This document shows, piece by piece, positions 22,444-33,419 of a DNA stretch of 64,000 nt (the stretch's first letter is position 1; the number at the start of each line of letters is the position of its first letter). A model generated the notes under the pieces. That model was not told the DNA's origin. It saw only the letters and a list, made by a program, of their open reading frames with translations, and did no database searches. The stretch is from Eledone cirrhosa (lineage: Eukaryota). Where the stretch lies: positions 10,850,001-10,914,000 of the forward strand of contig OZ024740.1 of the NCBI GenBank assembly GCA_964016885.1, in the 5' to 3' direction. Position numbers and translations under genes: made by a program.

Positions 22444-25014
22444 GTGAACTATAACCTCCTCCTTTCCTTACGCCTGAGCCAGGCCCAGTTCACAACTGTA
22501 AAGAAACTCTTCCAGCTATCTGAAAAGTGCGCCAAAGCCGGCTGCCAAATAAACTTCCTAAAACGATGCCTGAATAACAACATCATCCCCAAAACTATCA
22601 AAAACTTGCACCTACCAAGATGCTTCAAATCACCAGGCCTCAAACGATCACTTAGTTACATACAAAAATTCTGCCTAAGAAAACTCATACAACACCTACA
22701 CCGCACGCTACAACATCACATACGGACTATTTCCAGCCTTGTACCACAACTCGCTGAAACCCCAGAACCTCTGTCCAGAGTCATCTCCGCCACTATAGAC
22801 AGGTCATACCACCATCGCCGAGACTACAAGAAAATACGTCTAACGCAAAAATTTCTCAAACTCAGGACAGCCAACTGTCTTAACAACATCCCAACTCTAA
22901 ACACCAACAGAGGCGAACAAGACGTTACCAACACCCAACCTAGCGGCGCCCCGACTAATAACACACCTGACGCAAAACACCTCGTCACAGACTTGACAGG
23001 ATCCCTCTCCCGAGAGGAATTAGACCTCCTCAGCCTGGGTCCCAAGTTCATATTGAAACAGAGACTGGACGACAAATTATATCTCGACATAGAAACGAAT
23101 TTCTGTCGGGCTGCCTACCAACTAAAATGGATATCGACTCTCGGCAACAACACCACGGAATCTAACAAACCCAGATTCCCGATATACCAACTGGATCGCC
23201 CACTCTGTCCACCGCCTGCCAACCGCGAGCTTGAAGAAAAACTCTCGAGGCTAAAACATTCCGTATTTAACATCTTACGGAAACAGAAGAAGATAGCCCC
23301 AAACCTCTCCAGGACACAACAACTCGCCCTGAAGAACCTACGGAATAGGGAACTTATATACTTACCATCCGACAAAGGTAAAGAGTTTTGCGTCATCTCT
23401 CAAGCCACATACAACAACCTAGCCTTTGAACACCTAAGCGACAATGAATTATATACAGAGATCCCGGACATGATTGCAGCCCAGATCGAAAAACAGACCA
23501 ACTCCATCTGGTTCGATATCTGTAAGAGAAGACAACTCCCAAATAAAGTTAAGCTCAACTACACCACTAGAAATAGCAGACTGCCCACTTTCTACCACCC
23601 CATCAAGACCCACAAGAATAGTACTAAGACGCAAATAAGACCCATCGTCTCTAGCATAGAAGGACCCCTATACAAAATTTCCTGGGTCCTCTCCCAGGTC
23701 CTCAAACCTCTACTCTCCACCTTTCCCGGGCATGTCAGTAGCTCCGACGAAGTTATATGTAGACTACACCAACTCCAGCCAGAACAACTTAAACTAAACA
23801 GATACGCCTTTAGCCTCGACGTTGTCTCCCTCTACACTACAGTCCCCGCTCATCCAGCTGTCGATTTATTGACGGACTGCGTGGTCGCAGAGGACATCCA
23901 CTGCTACGGCCTCCACCCGACGGACATACACCAGCTTTTGTCCTTCACAGTAGACAACACGTACTTCACCTTCCACCACCACACATACAGACAGACAACA
24001 GGATTACCCATGGGATCCAGCCTATCGGGCCTGCTGGCCATCACCTACATGAACCAGCTAGAATGCCGAGCCCTCAACACCTGCCATTCCCATGCCTTCT
24101 TCACCCGATATGTAGATGACACATTCATCCTTACATCATCCCGTGAGGAGGCAGATAAAATATACACAACATTCTCCAGCATGGACGCCAGTATAAAGTT
24201 CAGCATGGAACACCCCGATGACCGCGGATCCCTATCCCTACTGGACTTCCAACTCAGGGTAACAGAGGAAGGCAACATCCACACCTGCTTCTATAAAAAA
24301 GCCGCCAGCAGGGACCTGTTCGTACATTTCAGATCGGCCCTCCCACTCGGCGCCAAGTTCGGATACATAAGGAACGAACTGGCACATATCCGGAACAAAT
24401 GCACCAATGCTAGAGACCGAGACACACACACCACACATTTCCTGGAAGTACTCAAACTGAACGGATACACGACATCCACCACAAACCATGCCAGAAAGAA
24501 CGGAGAACAGCACACCCGAGGCACTAACACTTGCTTCCTGAAGCTCCCACACTTCAGTGAAGAAACAACAGCCATCCGCAGAGCTATCAGACGAGAGGGA
24601 CTAGATATCCAACTGGCCCACTCAGGTCCTTCTCTACGCGGACAGCTAACCAAAAGACACTCCACCAGACATGACAACTGCTGCAGACGAGCCAACTGCC
24701 CCATCAACGACACAGACCTATGCCACCAGGCTTACATCGTATACAGACTAGAGTGTGACAAATGCAACAACTTCTACGTAGGTAGCACCACCAGACCACT
24801 CCACATAAGAATAAAAGAACACCTCAATACTAACGCTTCCTCATTTAAGAAACACCTAGTGAAATGCAAAAACACCGACAAAACCATAACAGTTAGGATA
24901 GAAACTAAGGAAAGAAACCTCGGCAATCTTAGAATTAAGGAAGCACTAATTATAGATAAAACACAAACACCAATCAATAATAGACTAGAACTCAACACCC
25001 AATTTATAACCTGA
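22444..25014 (+). CDS. Penelope-like element ORF: reverse transcriptase + Cys-rich linker + GIY-YIG endonuclease (856 aa uninterrupted; native ATG lost)
   Basis: LGPKF, PSDKG, IRPIVS, SLDVVSLYT, GLPMGSSLS, RYVDD, LLDF, CCRRANCP, IVYRLECDKCNNFYVGSTTRPLHIRIKEH, EALII, INNRLE. Confidence 0.95.
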   Translation: MNYNLLLSLRLSQAQFTTVKKLFQLSEKCAKAGCQINFLKRCLNNNIIPKTIKNLHLPRCFKSPGLKRSLSYIQKFCLRKLIQHLHRTLQHHIRTISSLVPQLAETPEPLSRVISATIDRSYHHRRDYKKIRLTQKFLKLRTANCLNNIPTLNTNRGEQDVTNTQPSGAPTNNTPDAKHLVTDLTGSLSREELDLLSLGPKFILKQRLDDKLYLDIETNFCRAAYQLKWISTLGNNTTESNKPRFPIYQLDRPLCPPPANRELEEKLSRLKHSVFNILRKQKKIAPNLSRTQQLALKNLRNRELIYLPSDKGKEFCVISQATYNNLAFEHLSDNELYTEIPDMIAAQIEKQTNSIWFDICKRRQLPNKVKLNYTTRNSRLPTFYHPIKTHKNSTKTQIRPIVSSIEGPLYKISWVLSQVLKPLLSTFPGHVSSSDEVICRLHQLQPEQLKLNRYAFSLDVVSLYTTVPAHPAVDLLTDCVVAEDIHCYGLHPTDIHQLLSFTVDNTYFTFHHHTYRQTTGLPMGSSLSGLLAITYMNQLECRALNTCHSHAFFTRYVDDTFILTSSREEADKIYTTFSSMDASIKFSMEHPDDRGSLSLLDFQLRVTEEGNIHTCFYKKAASRDLFVHFRSALPLGAKFGYIRNELAHIRNKCTNARDRDTHTTHFLEVLKLNGYTTSTTNHARKNGEQHTRGTNTCFLKLPHFSEETTAIRRAIRREGLDIQLAHSGPSLRGQLTKRHSTRHDNCCRRANCPINDTDLCHQAYIVYRLECDKCNNFYVGSTTRPLHIRIKEHLNTNASSFKKHLVKCKNTDKTITVRIETKERNLGNLRIKEALIIDKTQTPINNRLELNTQFIT

Positions 25015-25385
25015 TAGAGCTTCTAGCCCCATATTGACACACCCCACACACACACACACTTACACCTCCACTTATTCTCTCTCACACATACACACACAAA
25101 ACCAGTTCTAACACCAGATAACACCTATCCCCCACATTTACGAATAGACATATCTTCTCACACTCACACACACACACTCACATACTTACACCTTCATGCA
25201 TTCTCCCACTTAAACAGGCATGTATAACCCCCCCCCCAAAAAAAAAACCTCTTTTAAAGGGAGACTACTCTTTATCCACCTAATTTTAACTCTTTGACAT
25301 TAGAGATAGAACAGATACTCTATACCATTTCCTGTCAGCATGACTTGGCAAGCTATTTAGAACACTTGTTTAACCGCTTTACTTC

Positions 25386-25420
25386 CCTCCGAAGAAGAGA
25401 TATTATCTCGAAAATTAAGG
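25386..25420 (+). ncRNA. Minimal type I hammerhead motif (U4C variant) in the Penelope pseudo-LTR
   Basis: CCT-CCGAAGA-A-GAGAT att ATCTC-GAAA-ATT-A-AGG; palindromic AATT stem III. Confidence 0.55.
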
Positions 25421-25537
25421 ACATTTAAATAAATCTAAGGTAAAAGACTAATTGTCAACAATATCTTTTGCATTTGCATTCTTCATTCTATGTCCATACC
25501 TGCATTGTTTTGGCTTTATTATACATATACAAACGTT

Positions 25538-25579
<42 letters not shown>

Positions 25580-25589
25580 TATGTTTTTG

Positions 25590-26700
25590 TAGATTTTATA
25601 TGTGGCTGATGCTCAGGTGCAATAAGTAGCAAGTGCCCACAGGATACTAGCTCCTTCTATTTCCCAGATGGTTCTATAGAAATAGTGGACACTTTCCGTT
25701 ACCTGGGTGACAAAATCAGCAGTGGGGGAGGGTGCTCTGAGAGTACAGTAGCCAGAGTCAGAACGGGATGGAAAAAGTTCAGAGAGCTTATACCACTATT
25801 GGCCGCTAAAGGTTTCTCTTTAAAAATGAAAGGCAGATTGTATGATGCTTGTATACGAACAGAAATGTTACATGGCAGTGAGACATGGGCATTGTGTGAA
25901 GAGGACCTGCGCAGATTGGAAAGGAATGAAGCATGCATGCTTCGTTGGATGTGTAATAGTAATATACACGAACAGCAAAACATAAATGAACTAAGTGTGT
26001 AATTAGGAATAAGAGGGATCAGATGCTGTTTACTCAAGAGAAGACTACGCTGGTATGGTCATGTGATGTGCATGGAAGATGACAGTTGTATAAAAAAGTG
26101 CAGGGCAATCAAAATTGATGGAAGTTACGGAGTAGGTAGACCCAGAAAAACCTGGGACAATTTGATAAATTCTAACCATACACACTTGCACCTCTCTAAG
26201 ACAATGTCACTGGACCGAGATCTTTGGCGCCATGCAATAATACAGAAGACCCGCCTTGCCTATGTACAAAGCGAAACCTACAGTCAGTAGGCACCGCTTA
26301 ACCAAAAATGACCCCCCCCCCACCAACACCACCCCTTTCTCTGTAAAGTTATGTTGGTACCACAACATTGGTACCACAACATCCAGTCCTCACTTGGAGA
26401 GGTGTAAGTGTGTAAGGTCGGAATTTATCAAATCGTCCCACCTATTTCTGGGTCTACCTACTCCGTAACTTCCATCAATTTTGATCGCCCTGCACTATTT
26501 GATACAGCTGTCGTCTTCATGCGCATCACATGACCATACCAACTTAGTCTTCTCTCAAGTAAACAGCATCTGATCCTCTTATTCCTAATTTCTCACTTAG
26601 TTCATTTATGCTTTGCCGTTCACGTATATTACTATTACGCATCCAACGGAGCATGCATGCTTTGTTCCTCTCCAGTTTGCGCAGATCCTCTGCACACAAT
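25590..26700. mobile_element. Two RTE LINE 3' fragments in opposite orientation (25590-26390 +, 26395-26700 -)
   Basis: FRYLGDKIS, MLHGSETW, GRPRKTW motifs on +; the reverse-complement homologue follows directly. Confidence 0.88.
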
Positions 26701-27226
26701 TCCCGTATGTACGTATACATACTTATATTTAAGTAACAGCTGTACTAAGAGTGGGTAATGAAATTTTGTTTCATTTTTTCCGTTTATCGTTTTCGGTGTA
26801 CCCGGCCGATTAACCCACTCGATATGCAAATTGGGCTACGCAGCCGTTAATATGCATAAGGAAAGTATATACTTTTGGACGTTCAATCATCTGGAAGCAA
26901 GGTATACGTTGCTGACGATAGCTAATAAGCTTGAAACTAGTACAGCGTTCCTTTGTCAGTATTGAACAAACGAGCAACGGTGGTTGCTAGACACTACGGC
27001 TTAATACAGGATGTTTATTTACAAACACACCGAACATTATAATAAATGTTCGGTGAATCCATACGTACATATATATATGTGTGCATGTATGTATATATAT
27101 ATATATATATACATACTACTGTACGTCTGTATACATATATGGATGTAATATAATTCATTTTTATTTTATTTTTATATATTATGTACTTCAATTATACTAT
27201 GTACTGTACATTTATCTCTCTCTCTA

Positions 27227-27273
<47 letters not shown>

Positions 27274-27692
27274 CATATCTACATGTATGTGTATCTATGT
27301 CTATGTGTATATATGTGGGATTTGTGTGTATATATATATATATGCATACAATTCAAATGCACTAGGTTATAAGGGTTTCCTTAAGGTTCGTGATAAACAA
27401 ACTTATATAATAACAGTCACAACTACATAACAGGTGGATTTAGTAAATATAAAATTTATAATATAAGGTTTGTATTATAACATAAGGTTTCTATAATCTT
27501 AAATTTCCTTTGTTATCTTGACATTTATAACATTTAATATAAGTAAATAACTTTCCTTCACGCTGTTTTGCTATTACATAGAAATGTTTTTCTCCGGGTT
27601 TTTTCTCTGGTTTCTCAGAAAAATCTATAGGTTTAAGAAAATCCCTATATCTTATACATAAAAAGTCCTTTATCTATGTGTATGGTATGTGT

Positions 27693-27742
<50 letters not shown>

Positions 27743-28321
27743 GTATATGTATATATGTGTGCGTATGTATATGTATATATATGAATATATTCTTTTAATA
27801 ATATATGAGCTTTAATAATATATAGATTTTTTAATAATATATGGATCTCAACTTTTAATGTATAGATCTCAATAATTTGATGGATAATTTAATTGATAAA
27901 CTAAACATTTAATCATATTTAAACACTGGTTAAAGTTCATTTTCCATTCACGCTTATTTACTTTACTCATCCAAAAAATATTTATTTTTTCACTTCATCT
28001 TAAAAGTTATGCTAATACAACAACCTATCACTTAGGGCTTTCTCTTTCTCTTTTCTTTTTTCTTCTCTTTCTCTTGCTCTTTTTCTTGTTTTCTTATTTT
28101 CCTCTTAAAGCTTGCTTTTTTCTCTTTTTTTCTTTTTTCTCTTTCCCTTTCTCCATACCCCAACGGCTTATTTTAAATCTACTGTGATTTTAAAATATCC
28201 GACACTAATTTGCATAATAGTATAAATAAATTTATAACTCCACTATCCAGTAGCTTCCAACAGAAATGGTCGCATTCTTTAAGGGTATGTCAATAATTAT
28301 TTATAAAACTGATCTATATTA

Positions 28322-28386
28322 TATTTTATCTGATGAAAGCACACCATAATTTAACTTGGTGTCCTTGAAATATGTATAATGAAATA
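28322..28386 (+). ncRNA. Type I hammerhead ribozyme with intact core, in an AT-rich (TA)n-embedded element (~27780-28515)
   Basis: Stem I TATTTTAT/ATGAAATA, CTGATGA, stem II AAG.ACACCA/TGGTGT.CTT, GAAA, stem III ATATGTAT, cleavage triplet AUA. Confidence 0.72.
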
Positions 28387-29189
28387 AATATGGTTTTATA
28401 AATATAGTTTCCATTTGCATATCGTATTTTTACTCCAATAATTTGTTGAGTGCTTTATATCAGTTATAAAAATATTTGATTGTTGTATCCCAACAATTTA
28501 GATAGAACTTCTACATATGTATATATCTATGTATGTATATATATGTATATATCTATGTATGTATATATATATGTATATATCTATGTATGTATATACATAT
28601 CTATGTATGTATATATGCGTATATATCTATATCAAAGGCATATATTGAGTTAGAAACTCAAAATAGTCTCTTACAATAAATTAGCTCTAGGAAAGAGATG
28701 TATATATCTATGTATCATCATCATCATCATCGTTTAACGTCCATCTTCCACGCTTGCATGGGTTTGGACGCGAATTTTCCCACTTGAGGCAAGATTGGTT
28801 GTCTTGCTCATATAGGACTGTCTGGCTGGTTTTCTACAGCTGGATGCCCTTCCTAACACCAACCACGTTTACAGTGTGGACTGGGAAGTTTTTACCGTGT
28901 TACCTACACGGCCACATTACAGCGTGGACTGTGTGTTTTTTTGTCGTGACACCTACACGACCTCATTTGTTTCGGACTGGATGTTGTGGTACCAACATAG
29001 CTTCACATTGAAAGGGGTGGTGAGGATGGGGTGGGGTAGTGGGACGGGGGTGTATTTTTGTTAAGAGGTGCCTACTCACTGTAGGTTTCACTTTGTACAT
29101 AGGCAAGGCGGGTCTTCTGTATTACTGTGTAGCGTATATATATATATATATATATAGGAGGTCAAGTATGTTAAAAATCACTGAATAAT

Positions 29190-29236
29190 TGCTCCGAAGA
29201 CTCCAAACCTCGGTTTGGAAGAAACGATTGTAAGCA
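29190..29236 (+). ncRNA. Type I hammerhead (U4C variant) in short element 29157-29441
   Basis: TGCT-CCGAAGA-C-TCCAAACC tc GGTTTGGA-A-GAAA-CGATTGT-A-AGCA. Confidence 0.7.
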
Positions 29237-29439
29237 GATAAATGATTTAAACAGAACTTTGTTTCATGTAATCTCTATATAACTGCTCTGTAAAACAACT
29301 GATGTTGTTACATTGAGCTATTTATCTTACTGGTAATAAGATAGTAATAAATTACTGTCTTTCACTATTTAGGGTATAATATATATATAACTATAAAAGG
29401 TTTTAGTATATACATAACCATAAATAGTATCCTTAATAC

Positions 29440-29572
<133 letters not shown>

Positions 29573-29612
29573 GTAAAGAAGAAATTAAAAGATGGTTAAA
29601 AAAGTTCCATAT

Positions 29613-29680
29613 ATTTTATTATGCGCATTTCGAAAGCAACATCATCCTGGGACAAAAATTGTGTTCTCATCAGATAAAAT
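29613..29680 (-). ncRNA. Type I hammerhead ribozyme with intact core, in a ~120-bp insert between (TA)n tracts
   Basis: Minus strand: ATTTTAT-CTGATGA-GAA...TTC-GAAA-TGCGCAT-A-ATAAAAT; palindromic ATGCGCAT stem III. Confidence 0.72.
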
Positions 29681-29685
29681 CCTAA

Positions 29686-29722
<37 letters not shown>

Positions 29723-29728
<6 letters not shown>

Positions 29729-30108
29729 ACAGGGAGAAAGAGACGATTATTAGAAAGAAAAATTTTTTTTTTTCCTTTTTTGTTTCTCTCTCTCTTTTTT
29801 CTGGGTTAGAAAATGATTAAAACGCAATGTTTTACTTTGTGTAAAGTGTTAAGGTATTAGTTGATTTATTTATTATTTAACAATGGCATTTATTTATCTA
29901 TTTATATATTTAATTATTGTCTATTACCGGTTTCAGCATTTTTATGCATTATCAAATGATAGTGAAATGTATTAGTGTGGTGTCGCACATGTTAAACAGA
30001 AGGTGCAGAAAGAATTCTAATCATTTTCTAACCCAGAAAAAAGAGAGAGAGAAACAAAAAAGAAAAAAAATATATTTTTCTTCCCAATAATCGTCTCTTT
30101 CCCCCTGT

Positions 30109-30113
<5 letters not shown>
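29723..30113 (-). mobile_element. Short element with ~95-bp inverted ends and a degenerate hammerhead (29921-29962)
   Basis: 29723-29818 is inverted at 30017-30113. Minus strand reads TTGATAA..GCAT/ATGC..GAAA-CCGGT-A. Flanked by (TA)n. Confidence 0.6.
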
Positions 30114-30148
<35 letters not shown>

Positions 30149-30175
30149 TAACTCGTGTGCTTCCTCTCCACATTT

Positions 30176-30231
<56 letters not shown>

Positions 30232-30238
<7 letters not shown>

Positions 30239-33070
30239 TATTGAAGTTTGCTTGAAGCATTGTGGAATAATAAGGTAAATTTCTTTAAGTCGTTTGGAAG
30301 CCTCGACAATGCAGATGGGTAAATCTCCGGGTAACAAGATCCGGTGGTGGAGAGATAGATGTAAGTGGGTGTACGTTGAGATACATGCGTGGTGTGTATA
30401 AGACTGCAGCGTGTAGAGGAATGAAGGAAAGAGCGTGAAGGATAAAAATAAAAATAAAAACACGAGAAAGAGTTACCTTGGGAGAGATTTAATCGTCCCT
30501 ATATATTTCGGATTCACATCCATCAACTGGGGTTTTTTTCCGGGGGGAGAGGAAAGGTTGTCTGTCAGAAAGGTGCGAAACGTGTCCTCCGCTGTTCGTT
30601 GTTTTGAATATCTGAGGTATTCAGCAGAGCGCGCGTGCGCGTGAAATGGGGTCGGTCAAGCAGAGGTCAGCGGCCGAAGTAGTTCTTTCAATTGTGGGAG
30701 TGAGGTGGCGCTAGCTGTCAGTCCATAGTATTCTCTGCCTGTTTGGTGAATGTTACTGTGTGTGTGTGCGTGTGTTGTTGTCTCGCTTCAGTGTGTGTGT
30801 ATATTGTTGCCTTGTTCCTCTGTATTGGCAGTGTAGTATGTTCGTATGGTGGAATGCTACTGTGTGTGTGTGTGTGTGTGTGTTGCTGTCTCGCTTGTGT
30901 GTGGGTGTGCGTGTGTTGCTGCATCGTTTGTTAACTTAAACCAACCACATCATTTCGCTTCTCTCGGATCGGTTGTTTAATTGTGGCCCTAGGCGTTTGA
31001 TCCAAAGTGCTTCCTTGATACATAATGTGCTGACGTTTCTTTCTGTCGCTAGAATTGTGACAATAGGCCTTCCTTCTTTGTTTCCGCATTTGGCTATGTG
31101 TTTCCGGAAAGACGAGTCCTTGGTGTTAGTGTGCTCCTTGATCCAGATGTGCAACGGCTGGATTGTGCTACCTATATAGTATTGGTTGCACTTGTTACAT
31201 TCTATCTTATACACGACGTATGTGCATAGGCAACAGTTCGCATGGCACATCGGGCAGTCTCTGAGGGAGCACGCGTCAGTTGATTTCCCAGGTTTCCTGG
31301 AGAGTCATCTTCGCAGGGAGGGGCCCGAGTGGGCCAGGTGGATGTCGAGGCCCTCCCTCCGGATAGCGTTGGTGGTATTCTCGCCCAGGTGTGGCATTTT
31401 AAGGAAGCACTTGCCTTGGGTGCCTCTCTGTCTCTTGTGTCTGGTGTCTCCTACTCTGTCTAGGTAGGGTACCTGTTCGTCTCCAGCACCTCGAGGAATC
31501 GCTTGGTATGAGTGACACCACTCGCGGGATCGCTGCATCTGTTTTTGATTCGCGCGATCTCGTTCGTGATGTATCCTCTTTTGACACTGTTAGGGAGGGC
31601 GGACTTGTAGTGGACGAACAGGTCCCTGCAGGCTGCCTTTCGGTAGAAGTTGCAGTGGATCCCTCCCTGTTCCGTGATGTTGATTCGGAAGTCGAGGAGA
31701 GCAAGTGACCCGTCGTCGTTGGGGTGTTCAACACTGAAGTCAATGTTCTCGTCCGTGTTGTTGAACGTCTCATAGATTCTGTTCGCTATGTCTTGGGAAG
31801 ATGTGAGGATGAGGATATCGTCCACGTACCTTGAGAAAAAGGCGACGGCGTTGGGGTGGCAGGCGTTGAGTGCCTTGCGCTCGAGGCTGTCCATGTAAGA
31901 GATCGCTAGCACACCCGACACGCTTGATCCCATGGGCAGTCCCGAGGTTTGTTGGTATGTTTGGTCAAGGAATCCGAAGTAGGTGTTGTCGACGACGATG
32001 GATAGGAGTTGGTGGATGTCAGTGGTGGTGAGCCCGAAGCAGCATAGGTCGGTGGATTGGACGCGTTCCATCAGTATATTGACGGCCAGGAGTACCGGGA
32101 CCGAGGTGTAGAGAGCGACTACATCAAGGCTGAAGGCATATCTGTTATTCTTTCTGGTGTCGGGATCCATTTGATGCAGGCGCTTCAACACCTCCTCGGA
32201 GCTGTTAACGTGTCCCGGCAAGGTGTCTAAGATGGGTTTGAGTATTCTGGCTAGGAGCCATGAAATTTTGTAGAATGGTCCCTCCACGATCGATACAATG
32301 GGCCTGATCTTCAGGTCGGGTCCCTGTTTGTGTGTTTTCACGAGGTGGTAGAAGGCAGGTAGTCTGCTGTTCCTCTTGAGGAGGTTGTATCTCAGCTTCT
32401 TCGGGAGCTTCCGCCGGTCGCAGATGTTGGTCCAGGCGGCGTTGATGTGCTCTTCTATCTGCGTGGGAGTGATTCCCGTGACCTTGGAGTAGAGGTTGTC
32501 ATCGTCAAGGTGTTGGAGGGCCAGGGTGTTGTAGACCTCTCTGCTGATGATGCAGAATTCTTTTCCCTTGTCGGAGGGGAGATAGATGAGGTTCTTCGAT
32601 TTTAGGTTGGAGAGAGTGGTGAGTTAAGATTTGGTGAGGTTGTGTGTTGTGCGTGTGTTTGTGAAGTATATCTGAGATGGAGTGTTTTAGCCTGATGAGT
32701 TTAGTGTCGAGTTTGTGGTTGGTGGAGTGGGTTGTCGGAGTGGTAAGTGGGAAACTTGGGGTGGATTGCGTGGGCGCTGTTATTTTCTGTAGCGCTGTTG
32801 ATGGCGGTCACCCATTTAAGTTGGTAAGCCGCTCGACAAAAGTTGGTCTCGATGTTGAGTTTGAGTCTGTCGTCGAGTCGTGAGATGATGAACTTGAGTC
32901 CGAGGTGTAGGAGTTTCAGCTCGTCGCTCGTGAGAGTGCCGGTTAGGTCGGTGACCAGGTGCGTCGCATCGTTGAGGTGTTGCTCGGTGTTGGTGGATGC
33001 GGCGGTGGCGGTTAAGTTGTTGTTTTCCACGTGGTTCTGGTCCGTCTGTTCGTTAGTGTCGATGTCTCGT
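30232..33070 (-). mobile_element. Second, decayed and 5'-truncated Penelope-like element (related family)
   Basis: Fragments LVTDLTG..NFCRAAYQLKW, IRPIVS, SLDVVALYT, GLPMGSS, RYVDDIL, VVYKIECNKCNQYYIGST. The pseudo-LTR ends in ATG CTT CAA GCA AAC (MLQANF) next to (TA)n. Confidence 0.92.
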
Positions 33071-33089
33071 TATGGAGTTTACATATATA

Positions 33090-33260
33090 CATGTAAATGA
33101 TAGCCATGGAGTGGGCAGGCCTAGGAAAACTTGGAATGAAGTAATAAAAGCTGTCTTTGCACAATTACACCTCACTAAGGCAATGACACAGGACTGTGAT
33201 CTCTGGCGCTATGCAGTATTACAGAAGACCCACCCTCATATATGCTCGAACTGAGGCATA
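33090..33260 (+). mobile_element. RTE 3' end fragment leading into the satellite-bearing element
   Basis: GVGRPRKTWNEVIK...DLWRYAV. Confidence 0.8.
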
Positions 33261-33419
33261 TCTCTAGTATGCAACACCTTCCTTATCTTCATCTCTCCTA
33301 TACACCTCCCTTGCTGTAATCATCCCGCCCCTATACTTACATCCCCGATTCCCCAGGCTTCTTCCCCACGCCCACCCAAGTCCCCAACCCACACCATAAT
33401 GTTGTTCCCTTAGACCCAC

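Larger units (their letters stand above)
22443..25540 (+). mobile_element. Penelope-like retroelement (with its inverted copy it spans 20878-25540), inserted in (TA)n
   Basis: ORF plus ~520 nt 3' pseudo-LTR; (TA)n tracts at both outer ends. Confidence 0.93.

Noticed and set aside
21775-24998. Antisense ORFs overlapping the Penelope ORF copies
   Set aside because: Shadow frames of the RT/endonuclease coding sequence with no independent support.
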